Virus record (IMG/VR): IMGVR_UViG_3300031834_000002
Span: 25,805 to 89,804 of that record
Source of the DNA: a virus
Length of the DNA stretch: 64,000 nucleotides
Direction: 5' to 3' (one strand)
Below the pieces are notes generated by a model. It saw nothing but the letters and a program-made list of their open reading frames with translations, was not told the origin of the DNA and did no database searches. The position numbers were made by a program, and so were the translations under genes. This document shows positions 49,294-59,020 of this stretch, piece after piece. Within the stretch, counting starts at the first letter, position 1, and each line of letters starts with the position of its first letter.

Positions 49294-49983
49294 TTATGAA
49301 ACTAAAATAGTAGAAATAAGTTCTGTGAAATATGAGAACCAATAATCACGATTTTTATTTACTTTAGTATTACAAGAACTGCAAAGACTTATTAAATTAA
49401 TATCTGAACAATTTTCTTTATTATAATCGATGTGATGAATTGATAAAACTTTATTTAATTCTTTAAGTTCTTGTTCTTCATTTTTATAGCAACATTGGCA
49501 TTTATAATCGTCTCTTATACGAATCGATTCTTTTAAAGATGCGTTAAATTCAATAGTATAAGGAAATCGAGAAAGACCACCTAACCACATTGGATGATTT
49601 TCAGGGTTCTTATATTGTGAGATTCTGGCACAATGTTTGCAACGTTTATCATTATCGTAACAAGCTGTATGATTTAATTCTTTATTACAATCTTTACAAT
49701 ATCTTTTACGAGATTCTATACCACCTTTGAAAGTAGGATGTTTATTTCCATATTTACCAAAACAAGGATTTGTTTCTGGATATAAACGATATTGTTCTTT
49801 ACGAGCACATGAACGACATCTTTTATCACCACGATAACAAGCAAGTTTATGTAATTCTTTCTCACAATCGCAACAATTAATAGTTTCATGTTTAGATTTA
49901 GCGAGAAAACATTTTCTACAAATCTTCACATGTTTTGCACTTACTTTTTTACCACATTTCTTACAATTTGAAGTTTTTCTCAT
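49294..49983 (-). CDS. HNH homing endonuclease with CxxC repeats
   Basis: IRIRDDYKC, IHHIDYNKENC, VNKNRDYWF. Confidence 0.85.
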   Translation of the reverse strand: MRKTSNCKKCGKKVSAKHVKICRKCFLAKSKHETINCCDCEKELHKLACYRGDKRCRSCARKEQYRLYPETNPCFGKYGNKHPTFKGGIESRKRYCKDCNKELNHTACYDNDKRCKHCARISQYKNPENHPMWLGGLSRFPYTIEFNASLKESIRIRDDYKCQCCYKNEEQELKELNKVLSIHHIDYNKENCSDINLISLCSSCNTKVNKNRDYWFSYFTELISTILVS

Positions 49984-50001
49984 ATCTTTCCCTATACTAC
50001 A

Positions 50002-50030
50002 AGTATATCATAAAATTCAATAAATTACAA
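50002..50030 (-). promoter_or_regulatory. sigma70-type promoter upstream of the HNH gene
   Basis: TTGTAA-17 bp-TATACT with TG extension. Confidence 0.7.
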
Positions 50031-50046
50031 GTATTTCTTATTTTGG

Positions 50047-50099
50047 GAATTCGGAGGAGAAAGTCATCCACTCAGTGAACACCTTCTCCTGCCGAATTC
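50047..50099 (-). terminator. long stem-loop 3' of the major capsid gene
   Basis: GAATTCGG-AGGAGAA...TTCTCCT-G-CCGAATTC; no clear U-tract. Confidence 0.6.
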
Positions 50100-50105
50100 T
50101 ATATT

Positions 50106-51050
50106 CTATATATTAGCTACAACAATGGCTTTAGGATTAGTTATACAAAAGATAACCGACTCATATCCATAGACCCCATACGCCAAAGTATTTACGCCAG
50201 CTAAATTAACAGGAGTAGGATTTACGATAAGTGCTCTCTGAGCCTTATCAACTGTCGCACCCATCAACTTTGCTATTTCTGGACTAATTAAACGTCTTAC
50301 AAACTTAATCGGTTTGCCTTCTGATATTCTTGAATTCTTAGCTATAAGAATCATTTTACCAGCTGGCATAATCGCTACTTCAGCTTCATTAGAAGCCTGT
50401 GAAACTTTACCAAATATCTTCACAACCTCTATACCGAGTTCTTTCAGTTTTGCAGGTAGTGAAACTCCACCAACGTTAGTTGCGTTGATGCTCTTATCAT
50501 AATTATCAATAGCTTCTTTTACGTCTGAAGCACAAAGTAGAACATAGCCATCGCCATAATCTTCAACTTTATGTTTCATCGCTACGATTAAATCATATAT
50601 ATCCGAGCCACTTCCTAAATCTTCAGGATTGACAGCAGGAAAATATATATTATCGCCTGACGCATCGCCAGCTATAATCGCATCTAAAATATTCTTTATT
50701 TCTTTTTTATCCATAGCTCTGGTAATCGACTCTTTTCGACGAGAGAGCAAATCTGTATCTGGAGAAGCGAGAACCGCATCAACAAGAACATACTCTAATT
50801 TAGAGTTTAGACCTTTGAAGGTCATTTCCGCATCGCCAACGCCATCTCTCTTAACAGTAACGATTGCTCCAGTGCTAACATCTAAAACTACATCCGCTGT
50901 AGTTTCGAGAGCATTATATCTCCAAACTTTTTCGCCAGCCTGTGCAGTAAACACATCGGCAATAGCTGTCAATTCCACTGGAACTGGCAACTGTGTATTA
51001 ATAGGTTGTCCTATTAACTGTGCAATTTCTAACACAAAATTTTTATCCAT
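50106..51050 (-). CDS. major capsid protein
   Basis: 314 aa, directly after the protease/scaffold; GAGGAG RBS; higher GC; 3' hairpin. Confidence 0.75.
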   Translation of the reverse strand: MDKNFVLEIAQLIGQPINTQLPVPVELTAIADVFTAQAGEKVWRYNALETTADVVLDVSTGAIVTVKRDGVGDAEMTFKGLNSKLEYVLVDAVLASPDTDLLSRRKESITRAMDKKEIKNILDAIIAGDASGDNIYFPAVNPEDLGSGSDIYDLIVAMKHKVEDYGDGYVLLCASDVKEAIDNYDKSINATNVGGVSLPAKLKELGIEVVKIFGKVSQASNEAEVAIMPAGKMILIAKNSRISEGKPIKFVRRLISPEIAKLMGATVDKAQRALIVNPTPVNLAGVNTLAYGVYGYESVIFCITNPKAIVVANI

Positions 51051-51143
51051 TTTAATATCTCCTCTTTACTACTTTACTCTATAAACGAATATTATCTTTA
51101 ATAATCCGTTTATTTTTTACTATATATTTTAATACCTTATCTT

Positions 51144-53186
51144 TTACCTTGTTCTTGGTTGTTTACCTTCTGCTTTTGCAGTTATTTCGTCTCTATATTT
51201 TTTTAAAGTATCTTCATTAGTAAGTTTAGTGCCAGCAATTGAACTGGTTTCTAAATTTGCTTGAATAAGTTTTGCATCTGAAAATTTAGTTGTATCTATT
51301 AAATCTTCATCCGAAAGATTTTTACCAGCATCTCCGAGTTCTTTTCGTCTTTTATTTATTTCTTCCGCATTTGCTTTGTAAAACTCAATCTTCTCTTCCA
51401 TTGTTTTTATAATAGACGCTTTTTCTTTCTTCATATCTTTAATCTTTTTATCTAATTTACGAAGTTCAAGTTTATGTTTCTTTGTTTTCTTTTCTTCTTT
51501 TGTTTCTTCTTTCGCAACTTCTACTTTAATCTCTTCGACCTTCGGAGTTTCTTCAGTCTTTGCTTCTACAAGAGTTTCTACTTTTATCTCTACTATAGGA
51601 GCAACTACTTCTTCTACCTTCGCTTCAACAACTGGAGCAACTATTGTCTCTTCGACGTTTATTACTTGGGGTATTGGTTCAACAAGTTTTTCTTCCTCTT
51701 TTGCCACGACAGGTATAACAGTTTCGGCAACTACCACTTTTACCTCTGCTACCTCTGATTGGGCAATTGGAGTAGAAGCAACTATAACTTCAACAATATT
51801 TTCTACTGATTTCTGTTCCATTTTTAATTCTCCTTTTGCTTCTTCTTTAATAGCAGATTTATCTATATTTAACTCGTCTGCTTTCGAGGGTATTTCTTCT
51901 GATGCCTTTATTGGTTCTATAATTTCAGTTATCTTAGATAATTGTTTTAATTGTCCATCTTTTAATATATCATGAATAAATGTTAATCCGCATTTTATAC
52001 ATTTTAAATTATAAGTAGTTACTTGAGAAGTTCCACTATAACTTATATAATTTCCACATTGTTTACAAGCAACATGTCCAATATGTAAAAATTGAATCAT
52101 ATTTAATACAGCATTTGGTTCTACTTTACTAAAAGCAATAGAATATTTCTTTGCACAAGAAAGACATTTAATCTCTCCTGAATTTTCTTCCTTCTTTAAT
52201 AGTCTCCAATTACGAGAACTACAAGAAGGACAAGAAATATTAAAATCTATAATCTGAGGAGGATAAAGTATATCGCCTTTATCATTAATAATAGCAAAAC
52301 ATTCAGAACATTTTATTTCTGAAGTTAAAACTTGTGGTTTGTCAAATTCATGTTGACAATTTGCACATTTAATTTTAGAAATTATTATTGGTGCTGGTAA
52401 TTGTGTATCTACTGGTTTTGGTTCTATTTTTATATCTACAACTTTTACTTCTTCTACTTTTGGAGTTTCTACTGGAAGAACTGTTGCTTCCTCTATATTA
52501 CATTTTCCACATTTACGACATATTGATTCTCCATGAATAATCAAATCTTCACATTTTGCTTTTGAAGCATATACTAAATTCTCTATATCTTTTCCAATAT
52601 TTTCTTTCGCTATCTCAAGAACTTTTGCATCAGGAAAAGCTGGTTTTTCTTTAAATAATAAAGCACCGCCAGCAATCTCCATATCATGTAATTCAAATGT
52701 TCCATCTGCAAGCACTGTGCGTTTATTTTTAGGACTTAAAATTTCATATGAAGTTGTCAATTTTCCTGCTTTAAATAATTTTTGAGCATTTGCCCATTCA
52801 TCTGCAAAATTTAATTTATAAAATACTCCATAAGCTATAACGCTATCATCCTTAACTATATAACGATAATCTATATATGCACCACAAACATAATTTCTTT
52901 GATGGTCTATATCTATTGGAGTGCCTACTAAAGTTGGGAGAGCTTTAAGTAGTTCTTTTTTAGGAAGTCTTGCTTTATTCAAATTAGCTTCATTTGCAAA
53001 TGTATAAACAGTTTTAAATCCTGCAAGCGATTGTCTGTCTTTTAATTTTATACCTCTGGCTTCTGCTATTTGAAATATTTCATTTTGTTCCTTAGAATCA
53101 TCTTCAAGTAATTCGGTAGTAGAATTTTTTTCAAAATCTGCTAAAAATTCTTGAATAATCGCACTATTTAAAAGTTCATTTTCCAT
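51144..53186 (-). CDS. prohead protease plus zinc ribbons plus acidic scaffold
   Basis: NLN...PTLVGTPIDIDH...G...TSYE protease-like N-terminus; CxxC pairs; E/V/P/K-rich C-terminus; precedes the capsid gene. Confidence 0.7.
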   Translation of the reverse strand: MENELLNSAIIQEFLADFEKNSTTELLEDDSKEQNEIFQIAEARGIKLKDRQSLAGFKTVYTFANEANLNKARLPKKELLKALPTLVGTPIDIDHQRNYVCGAYIDYRYIVKDDSVIAYGVFYKLNFADEWANAQKLFKAGKLTTSYEILSPKNKRTVLADGTFELHDMEIAGGALLFKEKPAFPDAKVLEIAKENIGKDIENLVYASKAKCEDLIIHGESICRKCGKCNIEEATVLPVETPKVEEVKVVDIKIEPKPVDTQLPAPIIISKIKCANCQHEFDKPQVLTSEIKCSECFAIINDKGDILYPPQIIDFNISCPSCSSRNWRLLKKEENSGEIKCLSCAKKYSIAFSKVEPNAVLNMIQFLHIGHVACKQCGNYISYSGTSQVTTYNLKCIKCGLTFIHDILKDGQLKQLSKITEIIEPIKASEEIPSKADELNIDKSAIKEEAKGELKMEQKSVENIVEVIVASTPIAQSEVAEVKVVVAETVIPVVAKEEEKLVEPIPQVINVEETIVAPVVEAKVEEVVAPIVEIKVETLVEAKTEETPKVEEIKVEVAKEETKEEKKTKKHKLELRKLDKKIKDMKKEKASIIKTMEEKIEFYKANAEEINKRRKELGDAGKNLSDEDLIDTTKFSDAKLIQANLETSSIAGTKLTNEDTLKKYRDEITAKAEGKQPRTR

Positions 53187-53211
53187 AATAATCTCCCATT
53201 ATTTATTATTT

Positions 53212-53736
53212 TTAAGACCATTTTACTAATGAAGCATATTTGAATGTTCCACCTACTCCTAAATTTGTAGAAGTATAATAAATTTCTACATTATCGCCAA
53301 CTACTGCTTGTGTTATTGTAATTCCTGTAGTTCCTATATTATTATTATTATTTCCACCTACTACAGTCGTTCCATTATTAACTTTTTGAGTATATATTTG
53401 TTGCACCGCACCATTTCTTTCTATTGAAAAAAATCAAAATGTAAATTTATCGCTTTTTGGATAACTAAATAATAATTGAGGAGTGGATTGATTATCTAAA
53501 AGAGTAATTGGTGTAAATTCAATTGCTCCTCCAGCATCTCCCTTATCGCCTTTTTCGCCCTGAATTCCTTGTTCTCCTGTTTCGCCTTTGGCTCCGATTG
53601 CAGTTTCTTTTACAATTAAACTATTTTCTACCTGTATATCTTGAACTATAATAGGTAATACTTCTATCGTTTCATGAGTTTCTGAATTAAAAGTGGTCGT
53701 TTGCCCTGTTGTTTTTATTTTTCTTTTTATAGACAT
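53212..53736 (-). CDS. collagen-repeat fibre protein interrupted by one in-frame TGA (53434-53436)
   Basis: GxxGxx repeat; the two listed ORFs share a frame with nine sense codons between them. Confidence 0.6.
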
Positions 53737-53737
53737 A

Positions 53738-54805
53738 TTATAATTCTTCCTGATTTATTAGCCCATCGTTATCTATTGTTATTCTCCATCTTGTTCCGTC
53801 GGGAGATTTTAAAATTATTCCTTTTAATGCATCAGTTATTTCTAAATTTTTGAATTTTATATTTCCATCTGCTTTTACCTCTGCGTCGTAATCTATTCCA
53901 TCTCCTTCTTGCGATTGAACTCCAAAAACAGTTTCATAAGGAGAAACTATAATTGCAGTTGGTGTTTGAGTTGGAGTAGTTGTGCTTCTAATTCTAATAA
54001 AATTTCCTAAAAATCCATTAATTGTCGTCATTTTCCAATCAGATGGATTATTATAAAATAATTTTCCAGATTGTGTTAAATTTAAAGTTCCGTCATCAAT
54101 TAAACCAACATCTACCCAAGTATCTTCTTCATTAAAATATTCAACAACTAAATTTATTCCTATACCAACTGTATCTATAGCAAAATATATTTCTCCATAC
54201 CAATAATTCATATTATCTACTGATACATAAAATCTATCATTATTATCTGTTAATATATCAAAAGGAATTCCAGTTTTTGTTCTTGCTTTATCAGTTAAAT
54301 CGGTATAATCGGCTCCATCAAAATAACATACCGAACTAAAAGGGTAAGGCGTAATTGCGACTTCTCTATATTGTCCTTTAATATTATCTGCACCAATGAC
54401 CATTTTATTTGTTAATACCTGTCCATCATTATCGCCAACAATATTTCCTGTAATCCCATGCACTCCAGTTGTAGCGTCTATGTGGTCTTGAACAGAAATT
54501 CCACTGTCATTAGTAGGAACAGTATCGGCGATTTGATTATCGCTATTTGGTGCATGAGAAATTCCTTGTAATGAATCGAGTTTATCCTGAACAGATATAC
54601 CAGATTCATCTGTTGGGACTGTATATGCTGTTTGATTATCGCTTTCAGGAGAATGTTTTTTTAAAATTGCATCGGCTATATCGAGGTCGGCTTTTACTTC
54701 ATCTAAAGTAATTCCTCCTGATGATAAAGAAGCAACATATTCATCAGTAAGTATTCTCTGTAATAATCCTGTTGTAGGATTGATAATATTTTTATATTTT
54801 TTCAT
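53738..54805 (-). CDS. virion fibre protein
   Basis: repeated PxSDNQxAxTVPTxxSGISVQD; C-terminal GIILKSPDGTRWRITIDNDG. Confidence 0.65.
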   Translation of the reverse strand: MKKYKNIINPTTGLLQRILTDEYVASLSSGGITLDEVKADLDIADAILKKHSPESDNQTAYTVPTDESGISVQDKLDSLQGISHAPNSDNQIADTVPTNDSGISVQDHIDATTGVHGITGNIVGDNDGQVLTNKMVIGADNIKGQYREVAITPYPFSSVCYFDGADYTDLTDKARTKTGIPFDILTDNNDRFYVSVDNMNYWYGEIYFAIDTVGIGINLVVEYFNEEDTWVDVGLIDDGTLNLTQSGKLFYNNPSDWKMTTINGFLGNFIRIRSTTTPTQTPTAIIVSPYETVFGVQSQEGDGIDYDAEVKADGNIKFKNLEITDALKGIILKSPDGTRWRITIDNDGLINQEEL

Positions 54806-54823
54806 ATTATTTTTCCTTTTTAT

Positions 54824-55156
54824 TTAATCTATTTTACTATATCCTGCTAAGTCTGCAACAGATTTTGCAAGTGTTCGTAATGTTTGATATTCTATATATT
54901 CATCGTTATTAGGATTTAAAAGTTCATTATTAATTAAAGCAATTTCTGCATCTATAGAATGAGTATTTCTAATAATAGCACTAATAATTTTATCTCTTGT
55001 TACTTCTCCTTCTATTTCAACATAAGAGAAATTATAACTAATATGAGATTCATTATTTATATCTTGATAAGTTGTTTCTATAATATTAAAACGAATTTGT
55101 GTTTTATTATTTGATTTTATTGTAATTTCTGGATAAGTATATGAATTTCCTATCAT
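54824..55156 (-). CDS. fibre-associated/chaperone-like protein
   Basis: follows the lectin-fold fibre gene. Confidence 0.5.
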   Translation of the reverse strand: MIGNSYTYPEITIKSNNKTQIRFNIIETTYQDINNESHISYNFSYVEIEGEVTRDKIISAIIRNTHSIDAEIALINNELLNPNNDEYIEYQTLRTLAKSVADLAGYSKID

Positions 55157-55183
55157 ATTTATATCTCCTTTAAAAAGTTTTTA

Positions 55184-56767
55184 TTATTTTCTAAAACATA
55201 ATCGAGAACCAGCACTTGCGTTAGAAAAATTAGAATCAACCAAAGCAGTAAGTAAATAGAAAAAACCAGCTTCTAATCCTACATAACAAGCCCCTCCAGT
55301 AGCAACTGGTTGCCATCCTGCCATTTGAGAATAATTATCTGTAATCTTATGAGAACTATCTGCTCCAGTAGATGCTGGTAAAAATCCTCTTGCTATATTA
55401 AGTAAAGTATCTTGATAGCCATCAGAATTAATATTATCTATTCCTATATCTGTATAATTAACTAAAGTATCGTCGGCTAAATTTAAAGCATTATTACAGA
55501 TATAACTACGATTGTTATTTATATTTATACCATCTACAAATTTCCATAAATGTCCAAAGAAATTTTCAATACCACGATAACTCATGTATTTAGATGCTTC
55601 TGATGCATAACCAGTTCCACCTGCATTATTTCCAGATACATTGCCAATACTATTACTATTTCCAGTTGGTGCAAATGGATAAAAAAGTATATCATACCAA
55701 TCCGTTACATTTGTAATACCGCTTCCAATCATTGTTTGAGAATTAAAAGAAGCATATTCTACTAAATATAATAATTGTATGGCAGAATATACATCGTATA
55801 ACATACCTGTCCAATTAGTTCCTCTTTTACTTGCCATTATTCTACCTTCTGAACGTGTATGATTGGTTACAGGTCTTTTTCCAGAAACGCTACTTAATAT
55901 ATCTTCAGATGATGTAATTAAACTTTCAAATGTATAGTCTGCATAAATAGACTCAGAATAATCGTATAATACTGCTTCATAAGCACCTACATAAATATAA
56001 TCAAGTTCTACTGCATCAGATAAAAAAGCTGGATGAACATCAAATCCAACTTGTGCTTGCGAACTAATTTCCCATGTATGTATTGTTCCTGCATAAGAAT
56101 GTTTATACCAAAATTTTGGAATTTCTACCATTACTTGTCCATCTGCACCTGTTAAATCAGATGCAGTTATCATATCCTCTTTTTTTGTAGAATCTGTAGC
56201 ACCAAGATAATAATTAACTGTTCCATTATTTAATACAACGCATCTTCTCATACTTCTTTGAATTGGTAAGTATGGAGAATTGAGAGTCTGTCCTACTGGT
56301 TGACCAAGTGTATCTCCTGTTCTTACATAAGTATCTGCAAATTCATCCCAAGAAACTCCATATGTAACACTGGTGTCTAAAGTAGTTGCATCGTCTTCAT
56401 TAGAAGGTAAACTTATACCACTTAAATTTATTGCACTTACTCTATAATTATATTCTGTAGTAGGAGTTAATTCTATATCTGAATAAGTTACATCGGTATT
56501 TCCAGTGTCAGATATTATTGTAGACCATCCTCCATCAATTGGAGATTCTCTTTCTATTTTATATCCTATAATTAGACTACTTCCATCATCTAAAGGAGCT
56601 ACCCAAACTAAATCTATAATACTATCTGATACAGTAGTCGCAACAAGAGAAGTTGGTGCATCTGGCACGATACCTATATTACCTTGTAAAGAAGCAATAT
56701 ATTCGTCCGTATGAACTTTTTGAAGTCTACCTGTATGAGGATTTATAATATATTTATATTCGTTCAT
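55184..56767 (-). CDS. FN3 plus C-type-lectin (Mtd/FGE)-fold fibre protein
   Basis: PDAPTSL...W.AP...YRVSA (FN3); VMVEIPKFW, GIENFFGHLW, GG...GSRL. Confidence 0.78.
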   Translation of the reverse strand: MNEYKYIINPHTGRLQKVHTDEYIASLQGNIGIVPDAPTSLVATTVSDSIIDLVWVAPLDDGSSLIIGYKIERESPIDGGWSTIISDTGNTDVTYSDIELTPTTEYNYRVSAINLSGISLPSNEDDATTLDTSVTYGVSWDEFADTYVRTGDTLGQPVGQTLNSPYLPIQRSMRRCVVLNNGTVNYYLGATDSTKKEDMITASDLTGADGQVMVEIPKFWYKHSYAGTIHTWEISSQAQVGFDVHPAFLSDAVELDYIYVGAYEAVLYDYSESIYADYTFESLITSSEDILSSVSGKRPVTNHTRSEGRIMASKRGTNWTGMLYDVYSAIQLLYLVEYASFNSQTMIGSGITNVTDWYDILFYPFAPTGNSNSIGNVSGNNAGGTGYASEASKYMSYRGIENFFGHLWKFVDGININNNRSYICNNALNLADDTLVNYTDIGIDNINSDGYQDTLLNIARGFLPASTGADSSHKITDNYSQMAGWQPVATGGACYVGLEAGFFYLLTALVDSNFSNASAGSRLCFRK

Positions 56768-56771
56768 ATTT

Positions 56772-57014
56772 TTATCCTTTTGCTAATCTGTCAAAAGTAG
56801 TATAATTTAATTCTGTTCGGTCTTCCCATTTTTCCGTTCCTTTTCCTGCATTAACATATAAATATTCTGTGTCATCACTATTTCCTCGCATTATTACTGA
56901 TTGTCCAGATGGATGTATATAAAGGTAATAAGTATACTCTTCTCCTGATTCAGGAACAGAGATTTTATGAATAACAAAATCTGATAATGGAATGTTCAAA
57001 TATTCCGTTGGCAT
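56772..57014 (-). CDS. small virion-associated protein
   Basis: AGGAG RBS; position after the portal gene. Confidence 0.55.
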   Translation of the reverse strand: MPTEYLNIPLSDFVIHKISVPESGEEYTYYLYIHPSGQSVIMRGNSDDTEYLYVNAGKGTEKWEDRTELNYTTFDRLAKG

Positions 57015-57032
57015 TTTAGTTCTCCTTTTAAA

Positions 57033-59018
57033 TTATTTTCCTTTTATTTTGTCTTTTAATCTTTCAAAAAATCCTTTGTTTTCTTTTATTTGTCTAATCT
57101 GACTATTTGCTACCCTAAAAGCATACTTCTCTGCTATTTTAGTATCTCCTGTTTTACTTAACATATATCTAAAAGCATTGTTAAAAATATTTTTCCAAGC
57201 ATCTTGTTTAGTTGTTGACATCTTTTTTACATAATCAGGCAATGATTGTAAAGTTGTATAAGGTGCAGTAATTAAATCATATTTTTCTACTGTTGCAACA
57301 AAAGCAGAAGAATGTTGTATTAACCAATCCTGTGCTTTTTGGTCATCCCATTTCGTCTTTAAGAATAAATAAGATTGTATTGTTGTAGTTTTTGCTCCTT
57401 TTATTTTTCCTACGATTGCTTTAATTCCTTTTGATGGAGAAAGAGTAACTGTTCTAAAAGATTTTTCATCAAATTTATTAGGTTCAACTTGTCTATATCT
57501 TAAATATGTATTGGTAACTCTAAGATTTGTTTTTAATACTGCTATTTCAAGGTCTACTTCTTCATCAAAAGAATTTATAAAATCATATGATGTAGGTTCG
57601 TCTTCTTCTAAAGAAGCCATCTTAAAATTTTTCTTTTCCACACTTACTTTATCTAAAGGAATATTAACATCTTGCGGATTTCCTTCAGGATTTGTTCCTT
57701 GAACATCTATTCCTTTGGCTTCTTGATTCTGAGTAATTTGTGGATACATAATGTAATCTATACCATCTTTTGCTTCTTTTTCTCTACGATAAACTTCAGT
57801 TTTAAAATCAGTTTCTCCGACAAGTTCAATATAAGTTTTCTTTGACAAACATCCTCTATCATATAAAGCCCTAATAGAAGTTTTAAATTCGCCAGTCATA
57901 AATGCTTTTACTGGTGAAGAACAAACATAAAATTCAGAATTAGTATATTTTATATGAGTATCATTTTTTGTTTTAATTAATACCAAAAGTTGTCTTAGTA
58001 TATCTTTAAAAGATTCTACTCCAGCATTTACTTCTTGTATAAATGCTTTAGGATTTAAAGTGCTTTCTCTGCGAGTAGAACTTATTCCCTGAATAACATC
58101 TATAAATCCAAGACCTGAAAGAATATTTCTCTCTGCTTGTTCGAATAATACAGTATCGAAAATTGTTTTTAAATCTGGAATAAAATGTTTTATATCTTCA
58201 TCAAAATTTGTAACTCTTATAGGAGTTTTTATTTGTTTATCTCCTAAATTAGTAGTTCTCATTTCAGTCATTAATTCTTGAAATTGATTTGCTATATTTT
58301 GTAATTCAGGTTGACTATATGTTTTGCCCTGAAGAGTAAGTGCTTCACTGCCTTTTTTAGCAAGTAAAAGATATGGTATAATTTGGTCAAGAATTTCTGT
58401 TTCTTTATTTTTTAGAGATTTTATAATTTCTGAATTATGATATATTCCTCGTTTTATTAGATAAGGAATAGGATATTTATCAAACCAACGACAAGAAGGA
58501 CGATTAATAATTGCTGATTTAGAATTTATAGATTCTTTAGATTCTCCTATAAAATATTTATAACTATCAATCTGTAAATTAGTATTTTTTTCATTAATAT
58601 CTTCTGCATGAATACTACTACCATCTACAAAAAACATTTTAGTTGGTAGTATTAAATCTGTATTTTTAAATTTTTCCCATTTGGCAATTTGTAATACCGC
58701 AAAAGACGAACCTTTCCATCTCTCTTTAAAATATTCAGAAGCTAATGCTTTAATACCCATTGGAGCTATACCTAAATCTATATTAACAGTATCTAACCAT
58801 TCTTCGCATATATCATTAAAGGTAGGGCTATCTGTCTCAATACTAAAATCAACAGTAGCACTTGTAACTGCAAAATCAGTTAAAACATCTATAAGACCAG
58901 TAACATCATCTTGTAACATAGTTTTTATTGCAAGGCATTGAGAAGAAAAATCTATAGGAGTTGTTGTTTTTCTAAGTAAAAGTGAAAAGAGAGTGTTCGC
59001 TAAGAAACCTGTGTCCAT
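57033..59018 (-). CDS. portal protein with C-terminal extra domains including ChaB
   Basis: follows terL; C-terminal PYTTLQSLPDYVK...AWKNIFNNA...AFRVA. Confidence 0.75.
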   Translation of the reverse strand: MDTGFLANTLFSLLLRKTTTPIDFSSQCLAIKTMLQDDVTGLIDVLTDFAVTSATVDFSIETDSPTFNDICEEWLDTVNIDLGIAPMGIKALASEYFKERWKGSSFAVLQIAKWEKFKNTDLILPTKMFFVDGSSIHAEDINEKNTNLQIDSYKYFIGESKESINSKSAIINRPSCRWFDKYPIPYLIKRGIYHNSEIIKSLKNKETEILDQIIPYLLLAKKGSEALTLQGKTYSQPELQNIANQFQELMTEMRTTNLGDKQIKTPIRVTNFDEDIKHFIPDLKTIFDTVLFEQAERNILSGLGFIDVIQGISSTRRESTLNPKAFIQEVNAGVESFKDILRQLLVLIKTKNDTHIKYTNSEFYVCSSPVKAFMTGEFKTSIRALYDRGCLSKKTYIELVGETDFKTEVYRREKEAKDGIDYIMYPQITQNQEAKGIDVQGTNPEGNPQDVNIPLDKVSVEKKNFKMASLEEDEPTSYDFINSFDEEVDLEIAVLKTNLRVTNTYLRYRQVEPNKFDEKSFRTVTLSPSKGIKAIVGKIKGAKTTTIQSYLFLKTKWDDQKAQDWLIQHSSAFVATVEKYDLITAPYTTLQSLPDYVKKMSTTKQDAWKNIFNNAFRYMLSKTGDTKIAEKYAFRVANSQIRQIKENKGFFERLKDKIKGK

Positions 59019-59020
59019 AA

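Noticed and set aside
49294-50105. Group I intron housing the HNH gene next to the capsid gene
   Set aside because: Flanking genes look complete and the HNH gene has its own promoter; no intron core recognised
55184-55330. DGR variable region at the C-terminus of the lectin-fold fibre
   Set aside because: No template repeat or reverse transcriptase in the window, and several codons at likely variable positions end in A (GTA, TTA, GAA), unlike AAY-derived codons; a DGR elsewhere in the genome is not excluded
460-58941. Short antisense ORFs in the track (e.g. 460-783, 30500-30928, 50629-51084, 51474-51758)
   Set aside because: Shadows of longer genes on the opposite strand, with no recognisable motifs
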